Shown: in pieces, positions 55,123 through 64,000 of the stretch
Layout: each line of letters starts with the position of its first letter
Numbering within the stretch: position 1 is the first letter of the stretch
NCBI GenBank assembly: GCA_934561175.1
Contig: CAKTFW010000004.1
Location: forward strand, 2,821-66,820
Length of the DNA stretch: 64,000 bases
Source: an uncultured Oscillospiraceae bacterium
GTDB taxonomy: Bacteria; Bacillota; Clostridia; Oscillospirales; Oscillospiraceae
Direction of reading: 5' to 3'
Program-made: the position numbers and the translations under genes
Notes under the pieces: generated by a model
What the model was told of the DNA's origin: nothing
What the model saw: only the letters and a program-made list of their open reading frames with translations
Databases searched by the model: none

Positions 55123-56037
55123 ATGTTTCAGAATCGTATTTTTAGTTTTACCGGTCATTTCAAAATTTTTGGCTTGATCTCCCTGCTGCTGGTAGCTGTT
55201 GGTTTGATTGGCCTGCTGTGCATCCCGTTCGGTGTATATCTGTTCAACTTTGATATCGACTTCCTTGGCGGCACCACGATGCAGTTTGACCTGCATACGG
55301 ATATCACGAGTGATATCACAAACAATGTGGCCGATATTGTTAAGGAAGTGAGTGGCCAGACGCCGTCTTCTGTTACCAAGGCGGGCGACAGTGGTACGCA
55401 GGTTGTTATCAAGACACTGGAGCTGGACTCCGAAACCCGTGACGCTGTTTTCCAGGCAGTGGCGAAAGCCTACAATCTTCCGGAAGACGACAAGCCGGTG
55501 AAGAGTGATTATGTCTCTGCTTCGGTTGGTTCGGATCTGCGGAATGCCGCGATTACCGCGTCTGTGGTTGCAGCGCTGCTGATTTTGCTTTATATTACCA
55601 TCCGGTTTGAGTTCAAGTCTGGTCTGGCAGCAGTTATTGCATTGGTGCATGACCTGCTCGTGATGCTCAGCATGTATATTATTTTCCAGATTCCGTTCAA
55701 TATGAACTTCATCGCTGCGGCGTTGACAATTTTGGGTTATTCCATCAACGCGACGATTGTTGTTTTTGACCGGATCCGTGAAAACCGCAAACTGGCACCG
55801 CATGAGCAATTCTCCAATGTTGTGGATCAGAGTATCTGGCAGACAATGGGCCGCAGCATCAACACCACGGTTACGACGCTGTTGGCAGTTGTGATGCTCC
55901 TGATTTTGGGTGTCAGCTCGATCCGTAATTTTGCGCTCCCGCTGACGATCGGCATTCTGGCTGGCTGCTATTCCTCCATCTGCCTGTCCGGCTCGCTCTG
56001 GACACTGTTTAAGGGCGGTATGAAGAAGAAAGCCTGA
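55123..56037 (+). CDS. secF: Protein translocase subunit SecF
   Basis: FDIDFLGGT, GYSINATIVVFDRIREN, and six TM helices. Confidence 0.93.
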   Translation: MFQNRIFSFTGHFKIFGLISLLLVAVGLIGLLCIPFGVYLFNFDIDFLGGTTMQFDLHTDITSDITNNVADIVKEVSGQTPSSVTKAGDSGTQVVIKTLELDSETRDAVFQAVAKAYNLPEDDKPVKSDYVSASVGSDLRNAAITASVVAALLILLYITIRFEFKSGLAAVIALVHDLLVMLSMYIIFQIPFNMNFIAAALTILGYSINATIVVFDRIRENRKLAPHEQFSNVVDQSIWQTMGRSINTTVTTLLAVVMLLILGVSSIRNFALPLTIGILAGCYSSICLSGSLWTLFKGGMKKKA

Positions 56038-56051
56038 GATTGTAACAAAAT

Positions 56052-56093
56052 AAAAATTGCGTAACTCCGTTTATGGGGTTACGCAATTTTTTT
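56052..56093. terminator. Bidirectional rho-independent terminator
   Basis: Stem aattgcgtaac/gttacgcaatt, flanked by A5 and T7. Confidence 0.8.
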
Positions 56094-56134
56094 ATGAAAA
56101 ATTCGCCGGGTTTCCGGCGATGTCTATGGAATTG

Positions 56135-56950
56135 TTATGCGGGAATATCACCGACACCATACAAAACCAGGCGTGGACGGTACGGATATTGCGCAATGCC
56201 TTCCTGTGTTGTGACGCCAGAGAGTACCAGTGCGGTGTCAAGGCCACTTTCGATCCCTGCGATGATATCAGTATCCATCCTGTCGCCGATGATAGCGGCA
56301 TCCTGTGAATGTACACCGAGCAATTGCAGACCGGTGCGCATCATCAACGGATTGGGTTTTCCAACATAGTAGGCAGAGCGTCCCGTAGCCATTTCGATTG
56401 GCGCAATGAGAGAGCGGCAGGCTGGAACAATACCGGCCTCTGTTGGTCCGGTCAGGTCGGTGTTGGTGCCAATCAGCTTTGCACCGGAAAGAACCAGACG
56501 AACCGCCTGACAGATGCTTTCATAGTTGTAGCTTGCTGTTTCGCCCACAATGACATAATCCGGGTCAATATTGTTGATGGTAATGCCGGCATCATGCAGC
56601 GCATTAAATAAGCCCGGCTCACCGATGACATAAGCGCTGCAGCCAGGGGATTGGAAACTGATAAATTTTGCTGTGGCCAATGCGCTGGTGTAAAAATGAT
56701 GTGCATCCACATCAAGCCCCATGCGTGCCAACTTTTGCTGCAGTTCTTTGGGAGAACGCGCACTGCTGTTTGTCAGAAAGAGAAATTGCTTTTTCTCCTG
56801 ATAGAGCCAATCTACAAACTCCCGAACACCGGGCAAAAGGCGGTTTCCATGGTAAATTACACCGTCCATATCGCAGATATAGCCTAGTTTACTTCTAAGT
56901 TGATCGATAAATGCCACCTCATTTCTTCTATTTTGATCTAATTTTATCAT
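56135..56950 (-). CDS. HAD-IIA family phosphatase (NagD/YutF-like)
   Basis: CDMDGVIYHG, FLTNSS, GKPNP, and GDRMDTDI. The start is uncertain because there is no clear RBS at 56950. Confidence 0.88.
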   Translation of the reverse strand: MIKLDQNRRNEVAFIDQLRSKLGYICDMDGVIYHGNRLLPGVREFVDWLYQEKKQFLFLTNSSARSPKELQQKLARMGLDVDAHHFYTSALATAKFISFQSPGCSAYVIGEPGLFNALHDAGITINNIDPDYVIVGETASYNYESICQAVRLVLSGAKLIGTNTDLTGPTEAGIVPACRSLIAPIEMATGRSAYYVGKPNPLMMRTGLQLLGVHSQDAAIIGDRMDTDIIAGIESGLDTALVLSGVTTQEGIAQYPYRPRLVLYGVGDIPA

Positions 56951-57021
56951 AGTACAGTAGTGTAAAATTCATCATCCTGACTTTGTAAAAACAATGTAAG
57001 TTCTCCTTTAGGGGGGCGCCA

Positions 57022-57050
57022 GCATAATTGGAGACAGGCAGACATAGGTT
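57022..57050 (+). promoter_or_regulatory. Candidate SigE-type (mother-cell) promoter for the spoIIIA operon
   Basis: GCATAAT, 14 nt, then CATAGGTT. This is compared with the Bacillus SigE consensus kmATATT-N14-CATACAhT as I remember it. Confidence 0.45.
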
Positions 57051-57067
57051 GTACAGGAAGTGAGAAG

Positions 57068-58084
57068 ATGGATACAACCAGTTGGAAAACGATTCTTGCA
57101 ATTTTGCCGCCGGAGCTGCGTCGTGCTGTTGGCGCATTACCACCTGAAATGGCAATTGAAGAGCTGCGTCTGCGCGTTGGAATTGGGTGCAGTGTGCTGT
57201 CATTCGGGAAGGAAACTGTGCTATGCTGCAACAACGCACCGCTGCCAATTACTTCGGCGCAACTGCAACAGTTGATTTCTGCAGCTGCCCATCAATCGCT
57301 TTATACCGTGGAGAATACGATCCCGTCTGGATATCTGATTTTGCCTGGCGGATATCGGCTTGGGCTGTGTGGTACGGCAGTGATGCGCAATGGTATCGTG
57401 CAGACCTTTCGGGATCTCTCCTCGGTATCCATTCGGTTTAGCCGCCAGGTGCGTGGGTGTGCAGATATCTTGTTGCCAGAGCTGAAGCGTGGGAACAGCG
57501 TGCTGTTGATTGGACCGCCTGGAGCCGGAAAGACAACGGTCCTTCGGGATGCGGTTCGGCAACTTTCGGACAAGCTCGAAAATCGGGTCGGACTCTGCGA
57601 CGAGCGGGGAGAGATTGCCGCAATGTGTGGTGGCGCGCCGCAGATTGAAATCGGCAAGCGGACGGATGTCCTTGCTGGATGTCCCAAAGCAGAGGCGATG
57701 GAAATTCTGATACGGACGATGAATCCACAGTGGATTGCGGTGGACGAGATTACAAAAGCTGAGGATGTGACAGCATTAATGCGCGCGTCGTATTGTGGTG
57801 TCCGATTTTTAGCAACGGCCCATGCGGAACAATGGAAGGATCTGTTTTTACGCCCAATTTATCGGCAGCTGATGCAGTTGCAGCTGTTTTCCAAAGTGGC
57901 GGTTCTTTTACCGCATCGACGGCTGCAGCTCAGATCCGGGAGGGAACTCTATGATACATTTGATCGGGGCAGGTCTGCTGGGAATTGCAGCAGCCGCGCC
58001 GGGAATTTTGCAGGTGTACCGGATGATGATACGATACCTGGCGCTGCAGCAGATGGCTGCGGGACTGAGTGTAATGCAGGCTGA
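57068..58084 (+). CDS. spoIIIAA: Stage III sporulation protein AA (ATPase)
   Basis: Walker A LLIGPPGAGKTT, Walker B WIAVDEI. The C-terminal ~45 aa overlap spoIIIAB and look like read-through sequence. Confidence 0.9.
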   Translation: MDTTSWKTILAILPPELRRAVGALPPEMAIEELRLRVGIGCSVLSFGKETVLCCNNAPLPITSAQLQQLISAAAHQSLYTVENTIPSGYLILPGGYRLGLCGTAVMRNGIVQTFRDLSSVSIRFSRQVRGCADILLPELKRGNSVLLIGPPGAGKTTVLRDAVRQLSDKLENRVGLCDERGEIAAMCGGAPQIEIGKRTDVLAGCPKAEAMEILIRTMNPQWIAVDEITKAEDVTALMRASYCGVRFLATAHAEQWKDLFLRPIYRQLMQLQLFSKVAVLLPHRRLQLRSGRELYDTFDRGRSAGNCSSRAGNFAGVPDDDTIPGAAADGCGTECNAG

Positions 58085-58463
58085 GTTGGCATCCCGCCGC
58101 AGTACCGTGCCGGAGCTGTTCCGTGCGGCTACAGTATGCGGGGGCGCCGCTGGTCGGATCTTTTCCAGTGCAGCGGCACAGATGGAACGGGAGCCTTACT
58201 GTACCGCGCTTGATGCAATGCGGGTTGCACTTACCAGTTCTGGCGCGGCAGCCTTTGACAAAGAAGGACACCGGATTTGGATGCAGCTTGCGATGATGCT
58301 GGGGCAGTTTGACTTCGACAGTCAGACCGCAGCACTGCAAACCGCTGCGGTTCAACTGGAACAGACGCTGCAATTTCTGGCATCGGAGCGGCGTGCCAGA
58401 TGCCGAAGTGCGGGTGCGATGGGTGCTGCGGCAGGGTTAACACTTTTTATCATTTTGATTTAG
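57951..58463 (+). CDS. spoIIIAB: Stage III sporulation protein AB
   Basis: MIHLIGAGLL... and the operon position. GGGAGGGAA RBS. Confidence 0.85.
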   Translation: MIHLIGAGLLGIAAAAPGILQVYRMMIRYLALQQMAAGLSVMQAELASRRSTVPELFRAATVCGGAAGRIFSSAAAQMEREPYCTALDAMRVALTSSGAAAFDKEGHRIWMQLAMMLGQFDFDSQTAALQTAAVQLEQTLQFLASERRARCRSAGAMGAAAGLTLFIILI

Positions 58464-58473
58464 GAAGTGCGGC

Positions 58474-58668
58474 ATGGAGATTGATCTGATTTTCAAAATT
58501 GCAGCGGTTGGGATTATCGTATCCATTTTGAACCAGGTTCTGGTTCGTTCCGGTCGGGAAGAGCAGGCGACGATGACTACACTGGCGGGACTCGTCGTTG
58601 TCCTCATGATTGTGGTGCAAAAAATCGCAGAGCTCTTTGATCTGGTAAAGACGCTGTTTAATTTCTGA
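58474..58668 (+). CDS. spoIIIAC: Stage III sporulation protein AC
   Basis: A 64 aa protein with two TM helices: IFKIAAVGIIVSILNQVL. Confidence 0.9.
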   Translation: MEIDLIFKIAAVGIIVSILNQVLVRSGREEQATMTTLAGLVVVLMIVVQKIAELFDLVKTLFNF

Positions 58669-59066
58669 TGGACACGATGATGAAGGCTGCGGCCATTGGC
58701 ATTGTGGGCGCAATTTTGACGGCAATTGTGAAAAGAGATGCCGGTGCACTGGCGCTAGCGGTATCGTTAGTGTGCTGCAGTGCGCTTGTCTGTTGCATGC
58801 TTGGCATTGTGAAGCCGCTTTTGGAATTTTTAGACGAGCTGCGGTCATTGGCGGGAATCAGTACGACCATCGTTGCACCGTTGCTGAAATCCGTTGCAAT
58901 TGGACTTATTACGGAAATCGCATCCGGCGTTTGCGCAGATGCAGGGCAATCGTCGCTGTCAAAATTTGTCCAGTTGTGCGGTGCAGCGGCAGCGCTTTAT
59001 GTTGCACTGCCGCTGATGGAGGCCGTGATTGCATTGCTGCAGCAAATAAACGGAGGAGTATCATGA
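58668..59066 (+). CDS. spoIIIAD: Stage III sporulation protein AD
   Basis: Polytopic small membrane protein that overlaps the spoIIIAC stop (TGATG). Confidence 0.9.
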   Translation: MDTMMKAAAIGIVGAILTAIVKRDAGALALAVSLVCCSALVCCMLGIVKPLLEFLDELRSLAGISTTIVAPLLKSVAIGLITEIASGVCADAGQSSLSKFVQLCGAAAALYVALPLMEAVIALLQQINGGVS

Positions 59067-60139
59067 AAAGGTTTTTGGTACTTGGTGTGATTGTGCTGCT
59101 GCTATTGACGCCGGTATCGGCAGCGGAATCGCTCTATGATACTGACGGCCTGACCAATACACTGCCAGAAGATGTTTTGGAAATGCTAGATGGCTTGGCA
59201 CCGGAAAACGCCGATTCTTTGACGGAAGGAACCGTGCAAATCTTGGATTCTGTGCTGCAGGAAGCGGGAGGGTTTTTACATGCGGCCCTCCGAACGGCAA
59301 TGATTGTGATGGCTGCGGTCATGCTCTGTGGGTTAATTGCCAGAGTAGATACCGGCCTGACCTCCAATGCGGTCAATCTCGCTGGCGTTTTGGCAGTTAC
59401 AGCGGCCTGTGCCGGAAGCCTCGGAACGATGCTGGCGCTTGGCCAGGAGACCTTGGAACGCATTCAGGTGTTTGCAACTGCGTTACTGCCGACAATGGCG
59501 GCGGCAACCGTTGCAGTTGGCGCGGTCAATGCGTCGGCTGCCATTTATACCGGTACAGTGATGTTTTCCAATTTGTTGATTCTTCTGACCAATCAGCTGT
59601 TGATGCCGCTTGCATATGCCTATGTAGCGGCATCTGCTGCAAATGCGGCTATTGGGAATGATTCGCTCAAGCAGATGGCTGGCCTGATCCGCTGGGCTGT
59701 GACGAACGGGATGAAAGTGCTTTTAATGGTGTTTACCGGCTTTATTACAGTCAGTGGTGTAATTTCCGGCAGCGCGGATGCTGCAACGGTAAAAGCGGCA
59801 AAGATGACACTATCCGGAATGGTTCCGGTTGTGGGTTCTATTATAGGGGACGCGTCAGAAACAGTCCTGGTCAGCGCAGGAATTCTGCGAAGCTCTGTGG
59901 GTGTCTTTGGAATGCTGGCGGTGCTTGGAATCTGTGCGGCGCCATTTTTGCAAATTGGCTTGCACTATCTTGTGCTGAAATTGACAGCTGCAATTTCCGG
60001 CATTGTAGGCGATAAGACATTGGCGTCTTTGATAGATGCGATTGGCGTCGCGATGGGATTTGTTGTAGCGATGACGGGATCCTGCGCACTGGTGCTTTTA
60101 ATTTCCTGCGTTTGCTCGATGAAGGCGGTGAGCCTGTGA
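59063..60139 (+). CDS. spoIIIAE: Stage III sporulation protein AE
   Basis: Signal peptide MKRFLVLGVIVLLLLTPVSA plus a polytopic membrane domain. GGAGGAG RBS. ATGA overlap with spoIIIAD. Confidence 0.9.
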   Translation: MKRFLVLGVIVLLLLTPVSAAESLYDTDGLTNTLPEDVLEMLDGLAPENADSLTEGTVQILDSVLQEAGGFLHAALRTAMIVMAAVMLCGLIARVDTGLTSNAVNLAGVLAVTAACAGSLGTMLALGQETLERIQVFATALLPTMAAATVAVGAVNASAAIYTGTVMFSNLLILLTNQLLMPLAYAYVAASAANAAIGNDSLKQMAGLIRWAVTNGMKVLLMVFTGFITVSGVISGSADAATVKAAKMTLSGMVPVVGSIIGDASETVLVSAGILRSSVGVFGMLAVLGICAAPFLQIGLHYLVLKLTAAISGIVGDKTLASLIDAIGVAMGFVVAMTGSCALVLLISCVCSMKAVSL

Positions 60140-60612
60140 CCGAAGCGCTGCGTTCTTATTTTTTAACGGTCACCGGAGCGGCGTTGCTGACCTCTGTGTT
60201 GCTGGCACTTGTGCCGGCCGGAACAGTGAAAAAGGCAGCTGCATTCGTATCAGGACTTGTGATGATTGCAGCAGTGTTGGGACCGCTGACGACGCTGGAC
60301 CTGCAGGCAATGGCAGAAGCGATTGCACGATCTCAGATGAAAACGGCAACATCTTCATCTGGTATTCCAGTGCACAGCCGGGATCTTACAGCGGAACTCA
60401 TAGCGGAGCGATGTGCGGAATATATTGAGGACAAGGCAGTACAGCTTGGTGCATCGGTTTCGGCTGAGATACAGATAGAAAAGGACGCAACCTATCCCTA
60501 TCCTAAAGCTGTAACGCTGCAGGGAAGCTGGACTTCGCTGCAGCGCAAACTGCTCAGCCGCTATATTGTGGAGAATTTAGCAATCCCGGAGGAAGAACAG
60601 CGATGGAATTAA
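60136..60612 (+). CDS. spoIIIAF: Stage III sporulation protein AF
   Basis: Two N-terminal TM helices plus a soluble domain, and the operon position. The GTG at 60136 overlaps the spoIIIAE stop (GTGA). ATG 60112 is an alternative start. Confidence 0.75.
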   Translation: MTEALRSYFLTVTGAALLTSVLLALVPAGTVKKAAAFVSGLVMIAAVLGPLTTLDLQAMAEAIARSQMKTATSSSGIPVHSRDLTAELIAERCAEYIEDKAVQLGASVSAEIQIEKDATYPYPKAVTLQGSWTSLQRKLLSRYIVENLAIPEEEQRWN

Positions 60613-61136
60613 GAAAATTTTCGATCCCGGATCAGTGGAAGGTATATTTCGGGCAGTTGTCCAAATATAAATACATCGCACTGGTTGTACTGGTTGGCAT
60701 CCTGCTGCTTCTGTGGCCAACAGGAAAAAATGGGGAGAAACTGCCGGAAACCGAAGCGATGCCGCAGGAACAAACGGCGGCGGATATGGAGCTGGAGGCT
60801 CGTTTGGAATCTGTACTTTCAGAGATTGCAGGTGCCGGACGGTGCCGGGTGATGCTGACAGTTTCTGCTGGTGCCGAGACGGTGTACCAGACGGATACAC
60901 GGCAGCAGAGCAGCGCAGATGGAACCAGCTTGGAGCGAACAACTGCGCTGACGGCGGCTGGCAGTGCAACCGAGCTGCCGCTTGTAGTGCAGACGATTAA
61001 CCCGGTTTACCAGGGAGCGTTGGTGGTCTGCAGTGGTGCAGATTCTGCGGCGGTACGCCTTTCAATTGTTGATGCGGTGTCCGGACTCACAGGGTTGGGC
61101 GCAGATCAAATTACGGTTATCAAAATGAAATCATAA
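60603..61136 (+). CDS. spoIIIAG: Stage III sporulation protein AG
   Basis: N-terminal TM helix, and a C-terminal ring-forming-type domain (...VLSEIAGAGRCRVMLT...GALVVCSGAD). Confidence 0.85.
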   Translation: MELRKFSIPDQWKVYFGQLSKYKYIALVVLVGILLLLWPTGKNGEKLPETEAMPQEQTAADMELEARLESVLSEIAGAGRCRVMLTVSAGAETVYQTDTRQQSSADGTSLERTTALTAAGSATELPLVVQTINPVYQGALVVCSGADSAAVRLSIVDAVSGLTGLGADQITVIKMKS

Positions 61137-61153
61137 TTATGGGAGGAACGAAT

Positions 61154-61729
61154 ATGAAACTTTGGAAACGAAACGCAATTATTGCAACGGTACTGCTGTT
61201 TGTCTGTGCGGGGATTTACCTCAATTGGTCGTATACAAAGGACAGCGGCGTGACGGACCTGGCGGAAACGCTGAGTGCACAACAGGTGCAGAATGCGGCA
61301 GAGGATGAGACGCTTTATGTCAGTGACACAGTGAACAATGATGCACTGACAGCGGCCTATGATACCGCCAAAACGGAGGACTTTGCAGAGATGCGATTGA
61401 GCAGACAGCAGGCGCGGGACAGCGCGGTCAGTACCCTGCAGGAGGCAATGGCTTATGAATCCGGCGAGGACACGGAAACGGTGACAACTTCGGCGGAGGC
61501 CCTGGAAAACCTTGTTTCAACTGCATTGGCTGAGGCACAGATTGAGAGTATGGTAATTGCAAAAGGATATGAGGATTGTGTGGCTTATATGTCCGACAGT
61601 GGAATCTCACTGGCTGTGCCTGCACCGGAAACAGGACTGGATCAGGCTGCGGTGGCGCAGCTCGCGGATATTGTGACCAGTCAGTCGGATTATTCTCTGG
61701 CGGATCTGCGAATCATTGAAGTAAAATGA
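61154..61729 (+). CDS. spoIIIAH: Stage III sporulation protein AH
   Basis: N-terminal TM helix, an acidic linker, a C-terminal YscJ/FliF-like domain, and the operon position. Confidence 0.8.
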   Translation: MKLWKRNAIIATVLLFVCAGIYLNWSYTKDSGVTDLAETLSAQQVQNAAEDETLYVSDTVNNDALTAAYDTAKTEDFAEMRLSRQQARDSAVSTLQEAMAYESGEDTETVTTSAEALENLVSTALAEAQIESMVIAKGYEDCVAYMSDSGISLAVPAPETGLDQAAVAQLADIVTSQSDYSLADLRIIEVK

Positions 61730-61793
61730 AGCTGAGTGTATTGTATTTTCCAGAAGATGTGATAAAATGATGGGGATGAAGGAGGAATCCCCC

Positions 61794-62165
61794 ATGGAGA
61801 ACAAAGAGTATTTGACCATTGAGCAGGAAAACGGCTCGATCAATATTTCTGAAGAAGTAATCGCCTCGATTGCGGCGCTGGCTGTGCAAGAAGTGGATGG
61901 GGTAGTCGGTTTATACGGCGGGATCCAGACGGAACTGACGGACCGCTTGAATAAGAAGGCCCTGAATAAAGGCGTGCATATTTCAGTGGAGAATGATAAG
62001 ATTATAATCAGCTGTAATATTACACTTTGCTATGGTGTATCAATTGCAGAGGCTGCAAAAGCTGTGCAGGAAAAAGTGATCTCTGCAGTGCAAGCCATGA
62101 CAGGATTGAAGGTAGAAGCGGTCAATGTGCATGTGAGCGCAATCAGCATGGTGAAAAAAGGCTGA
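61794..62165 (+). CDS. Asp23/Gls24-family envelope stress protein
   Basis: INISEEVIASIAALAVQEVDGVVGL... GAAGGAGG RBS. Confidence 0.88.
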   Translation: MENKEYLTIEQENGSINISEEVIASIAALAVQEVDGVVGLYGGIQTELTDRLNKKALNKGVHISVENDKIIISCNITLCYGVSIAEAAKAVQEKVISAVQAMTGLKVEAVNVHVSAISMVKKG

Positions 62166-62174
62166 GATTTGGAT

Positions 62175-62208
62175 AAACCCTTTGTGAAAACAAAGGGTTT
62201 ATTTTTTT
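62175..62208 (+). terminator. Rho-independent terminator
   Basis: Stem aaaccctttg/caaagggttt, followed by aT7. Confidence 0.8.
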
Positions 62209-62265
62209 GCAGAGATTGTATATAATTGTGAATATATTTATGAGGGAAACAAAGGAGAAAACGCC

Positions 62266-62706
62266 ATGACACGATCAAATGCGCGGGAGATCGCGGTACA
62301 TCTGCTGTTTGAGAAGAACTTTCACGACCAGAGCGCGGAAGATGCGATTGCGGCCTTGACGGACAGCGATTATTATAGCTGTCTTGCTGAGGAAAACAGC
62401 GTTTATACAGAGAAGCCCAATCAGAAGCAGCTGGATTATATTTTACAGGTCTTAAATGGTGTGGCAGCACATCAGGAAGAGCTGGATACATATATTTCAC
62501 AAAATGCAGTGGGGTGGAGCCTTCGTAGAATTCCAAAGCTGTCGTTGGCGATTATGCGTCTGGCGATCTATGAAATCCTTTATGTAGAGGATGTTCCGGC
62601 TGGCGTTGCAGTCAACGAAGCAGTGGAGCTTGCAAAAAAATATGAGGATGCAGAGATGGCTGCTTTTATCAATGGCGTCCTTGGCAGTGTGGTACGGAGC
62701 TTGTAA
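62266..62706 (+). CDS. nusB: Transcription antitermination factor NusB
   Basis: RSNAREIAVHLLFE...LRRIPKLSLAIMRLAIYEILY...VAVNEAVELAKKY...FINGVLG. Confidence 0.93.
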   Translation: MTRSNAREIAVHLLFEKNFHDQSAEDAIAALTDSDYYSCLAEENSVYTEKPNQKQLDYILQVLNGVAAHQEELDTYISQNAVGWSLRRIPKLSLAIMRLAIYEILYVEDVPAGVAVNEAVELAKKYEDAEMAAFINGVLGSVVRSL

Positions 62707-63632
62707 TGGGCTGCCTGGGATTTGACACCAGTAACTACACAACATCGGTCGCTTATGCTGATGGCCAGACTGCGATAAATTGCTCGAAGCTTCTGGAGGT
62801 GCGGCCGGGAGAGCTTGGCTTGCGCCAGTCGGATGCGCTGTTTTCTCATGTAAAGCAGCTGCCGCTACTGGCGGCGCAACTGGCGGAGGCATGTGCGGAT
62901 CGGAATATCACGGCCGTGGCGGCAAGCACGCGGCCAAGAGCAGTTGAGGGATCCTATATGCCCTGTTTTTTGGCGGGTGAGACACAGGCGCGTGTCATGG
63001 CGTCCATGCTGTCTGTGCCGTTTTTTGCGGTATCCCACCAACAGGGGCATCTTGCGGCAGCACTCTGGTCAGCGGGAAGAATGGAACTGCTGCGCAGTAG
63101 CTTCCTAGCCTGGCATCTCTCCGGTGGGACTACGGAACTGCTGTATGTGACAGGCGATGGAATCAACCTGAACGCAAGACGCATTGGTGGAACGCGGGAC
63201 CTTTCTGCGGGGCAGCTGATTGATCGGACCGGGAAGTTGCTGTCGCTGCAATTTCCGGCAGGTAAGATGCTTGACGCAATGGCAGGGGCCGCAAAGCCGT
63301 TTGCAGTCCGGCTGGACGGCCTGGAATTTTCCTTTTCCGGTCTGCAAAATCAGGTGGAAAAGCTGTACCACTCCGGCGCATCGGAGGCGGAAACTGCGGC
63401 TGCTGCGCTGGAATCGGTCAGTATGGCAGTCTGCGCTGCAACTAAAGCAGCGCTTTTGCAGTATCCAGGATTACCGGTTCTGTTTTCGGGCGGCGTTGCG
63501 TCCAATCGTCGCCTGCGGGAACATTGCACTGAATTTGATGCAATTTTTGCTGCGCCGCAGTATTCCACCGACAATGCAATGGGGGTTGCGGTGTTGGGCG
63601 CTGAAATGGAGGCTGCAGGATGGAACAGATGA
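62706..63632 (+). CDS. Kae1/TsaD-like ASKHA-fold protein (divergent paralog)
   Basis: GFDTSNYTTSVA (compare GIETSCDETS in TsaD), SHQQGH, and the FSGGVASN motif. Only ~308 aa. Confidence 0.75.
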   Translation: MGCLGFDTSNYTTSVAYADGQTAINCSKLLEVRPGELGLRQSDALFSHVKQLPLLAAQLAEACADRNITAVAASTRPRAVEGSYMPCFLAGETQARVMASMLSVPFFAVSHQQGHLAAALWSAGRMELLRSSFLAWHLSGGTTELLYVTGDGINLNARRIGGTRDLSAGQLIDRTGKLLSLQFPAGKMLDAMAGAAKPFAVRLDGLEFSFSGLQNQVEKLYHSGASEAETAAAALESVSMAVCAATKAALLQYPGLPVLFSGGVASNRRLREHCTEFDAIFAAPQYSTDNAMGVAVLGAEMEAAGWNR

Positions 63633-64000
63633 TCTATTCCGTTGGACAGATCAACTTGTATCTGAAGTCTTTATTTGATCAGGATCCTCTGCTGCACAAG
63701 TTGTGCATGCGGGGCGAAATCAGCAACTATAAAATGTATCCCTCTGGTCACCACTATTTTTCATTAAAAGATGCTGATGGTGCAATGCGGTGTGTGATGT
63801 TCCGCAGTAGCGCCGCACGGCTCCGATTTCGGCCGGAAAATGGAATGCAGGTTATTGTGACAGGGCGTGTTAGTGTTTTCCCCCGTGATGGGCAGTACCA
63901 GTTTTACGCGGACACCATGACACCGGAGGGAATTGGCGATTTACATGTGGCCTTTGAGCAGCTGAAACGGAAACTGGATGCAGAAGGACTTTTTGATCTG
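63620..64000 (+). CDS. xseA: Exodeoxyribonuclease VII large subunit (3' end truncated by window edge)
   Basis: The frame is open to the end of the window. IYSVGQINLYLKSLFDQDPLL...GEISNYKMYPSGHHYFSLKD...MRCVMF. An alternative start is ATG 63629, which overlaps the upstream stop. Confidence 0.9.
   Translation, partial: MEQMIYSVGQINLYLKSLFDQDPLLHKLCMRGEISNYKMYPSGHHYFSLKDADGAMRCVMFRSSAARLRFRPENGMQVIVTGRVSVFPRDGQYQFYADTMTPEGIGDLHVAFEQLKRKLDAEGLFDL

Noticed and set aside
1-64000. Scan for CRISPR arrays, tRNA or rRNA genes, transposases, integrases, prophage or defence islands.
   Set aside because: I saw no spaced direct repeats and no tRNA-like cloverleaf in the few intergenic regions longer than 100 nt. 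I also saw no recombinase, transposase or restriction-modification ORFs. The window reads as a conserved core chromosome.

Overview
The window is a 64 kb stretch of core chromosome from a spore-forming Firmicute. By eye it is Clostridia, Oscillospiraceae/Ruminococcaceae-like, with moderately GC-rich codon usage. Gene density is high. I saw no rRNA, tRNA, CRISPR array, transposase or integrase.

Recognisable content, in order:
- smc (5' truncated by the window edge) and ftsY; rph and rdgB.
- The yhbY, nadD-yqeK fusion, LCP, rsfS, leuS block, then rpsU.
- yqeG and pepP; efp; an NlpC/P60 hydrolase; ireB.
- pheST behind a T-box leader.
- nnr, alr and mazF; tepA, uppP and ftsK; murC; cca.
- marR and a thioesterase; mutY.
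- An Hsp70 paralog with a J-protein and a DUF5685-like gene.
- gltX; trpS; tagO and mnaA.
- leuCD, an aminotransferase and purB; secDF.
- The complete spoIIIAA-AH operon, followed by asp23, nusB, a TsaD-like gene and xseA (3' truncated).

The most interesting accessory-like content:
1. A translationally coupled non-canonical chaperone module: a DUF5685-like Cys/Asp-motif protein, a J-domain/TPR protein with a Cys-rich tail, and a DnaK paralog. It overlaps mutY and has no grpE, hrcA or CIRCE element nearby.
2. A diaminopimelate/ornithine-decarboxylase-fold protein that has lost the PLP lysine and other catalytic residues.
3. A coupled triad of small uncharacterised proteins.
4. A MazF toxin downstream of alr with no room for an antitoxin gene.
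5. A PheT with an internally duplicated, degenerate OB-fold insertion.

All functional calls come from reading the translated ORFs and recognising motifs. No database search was run.
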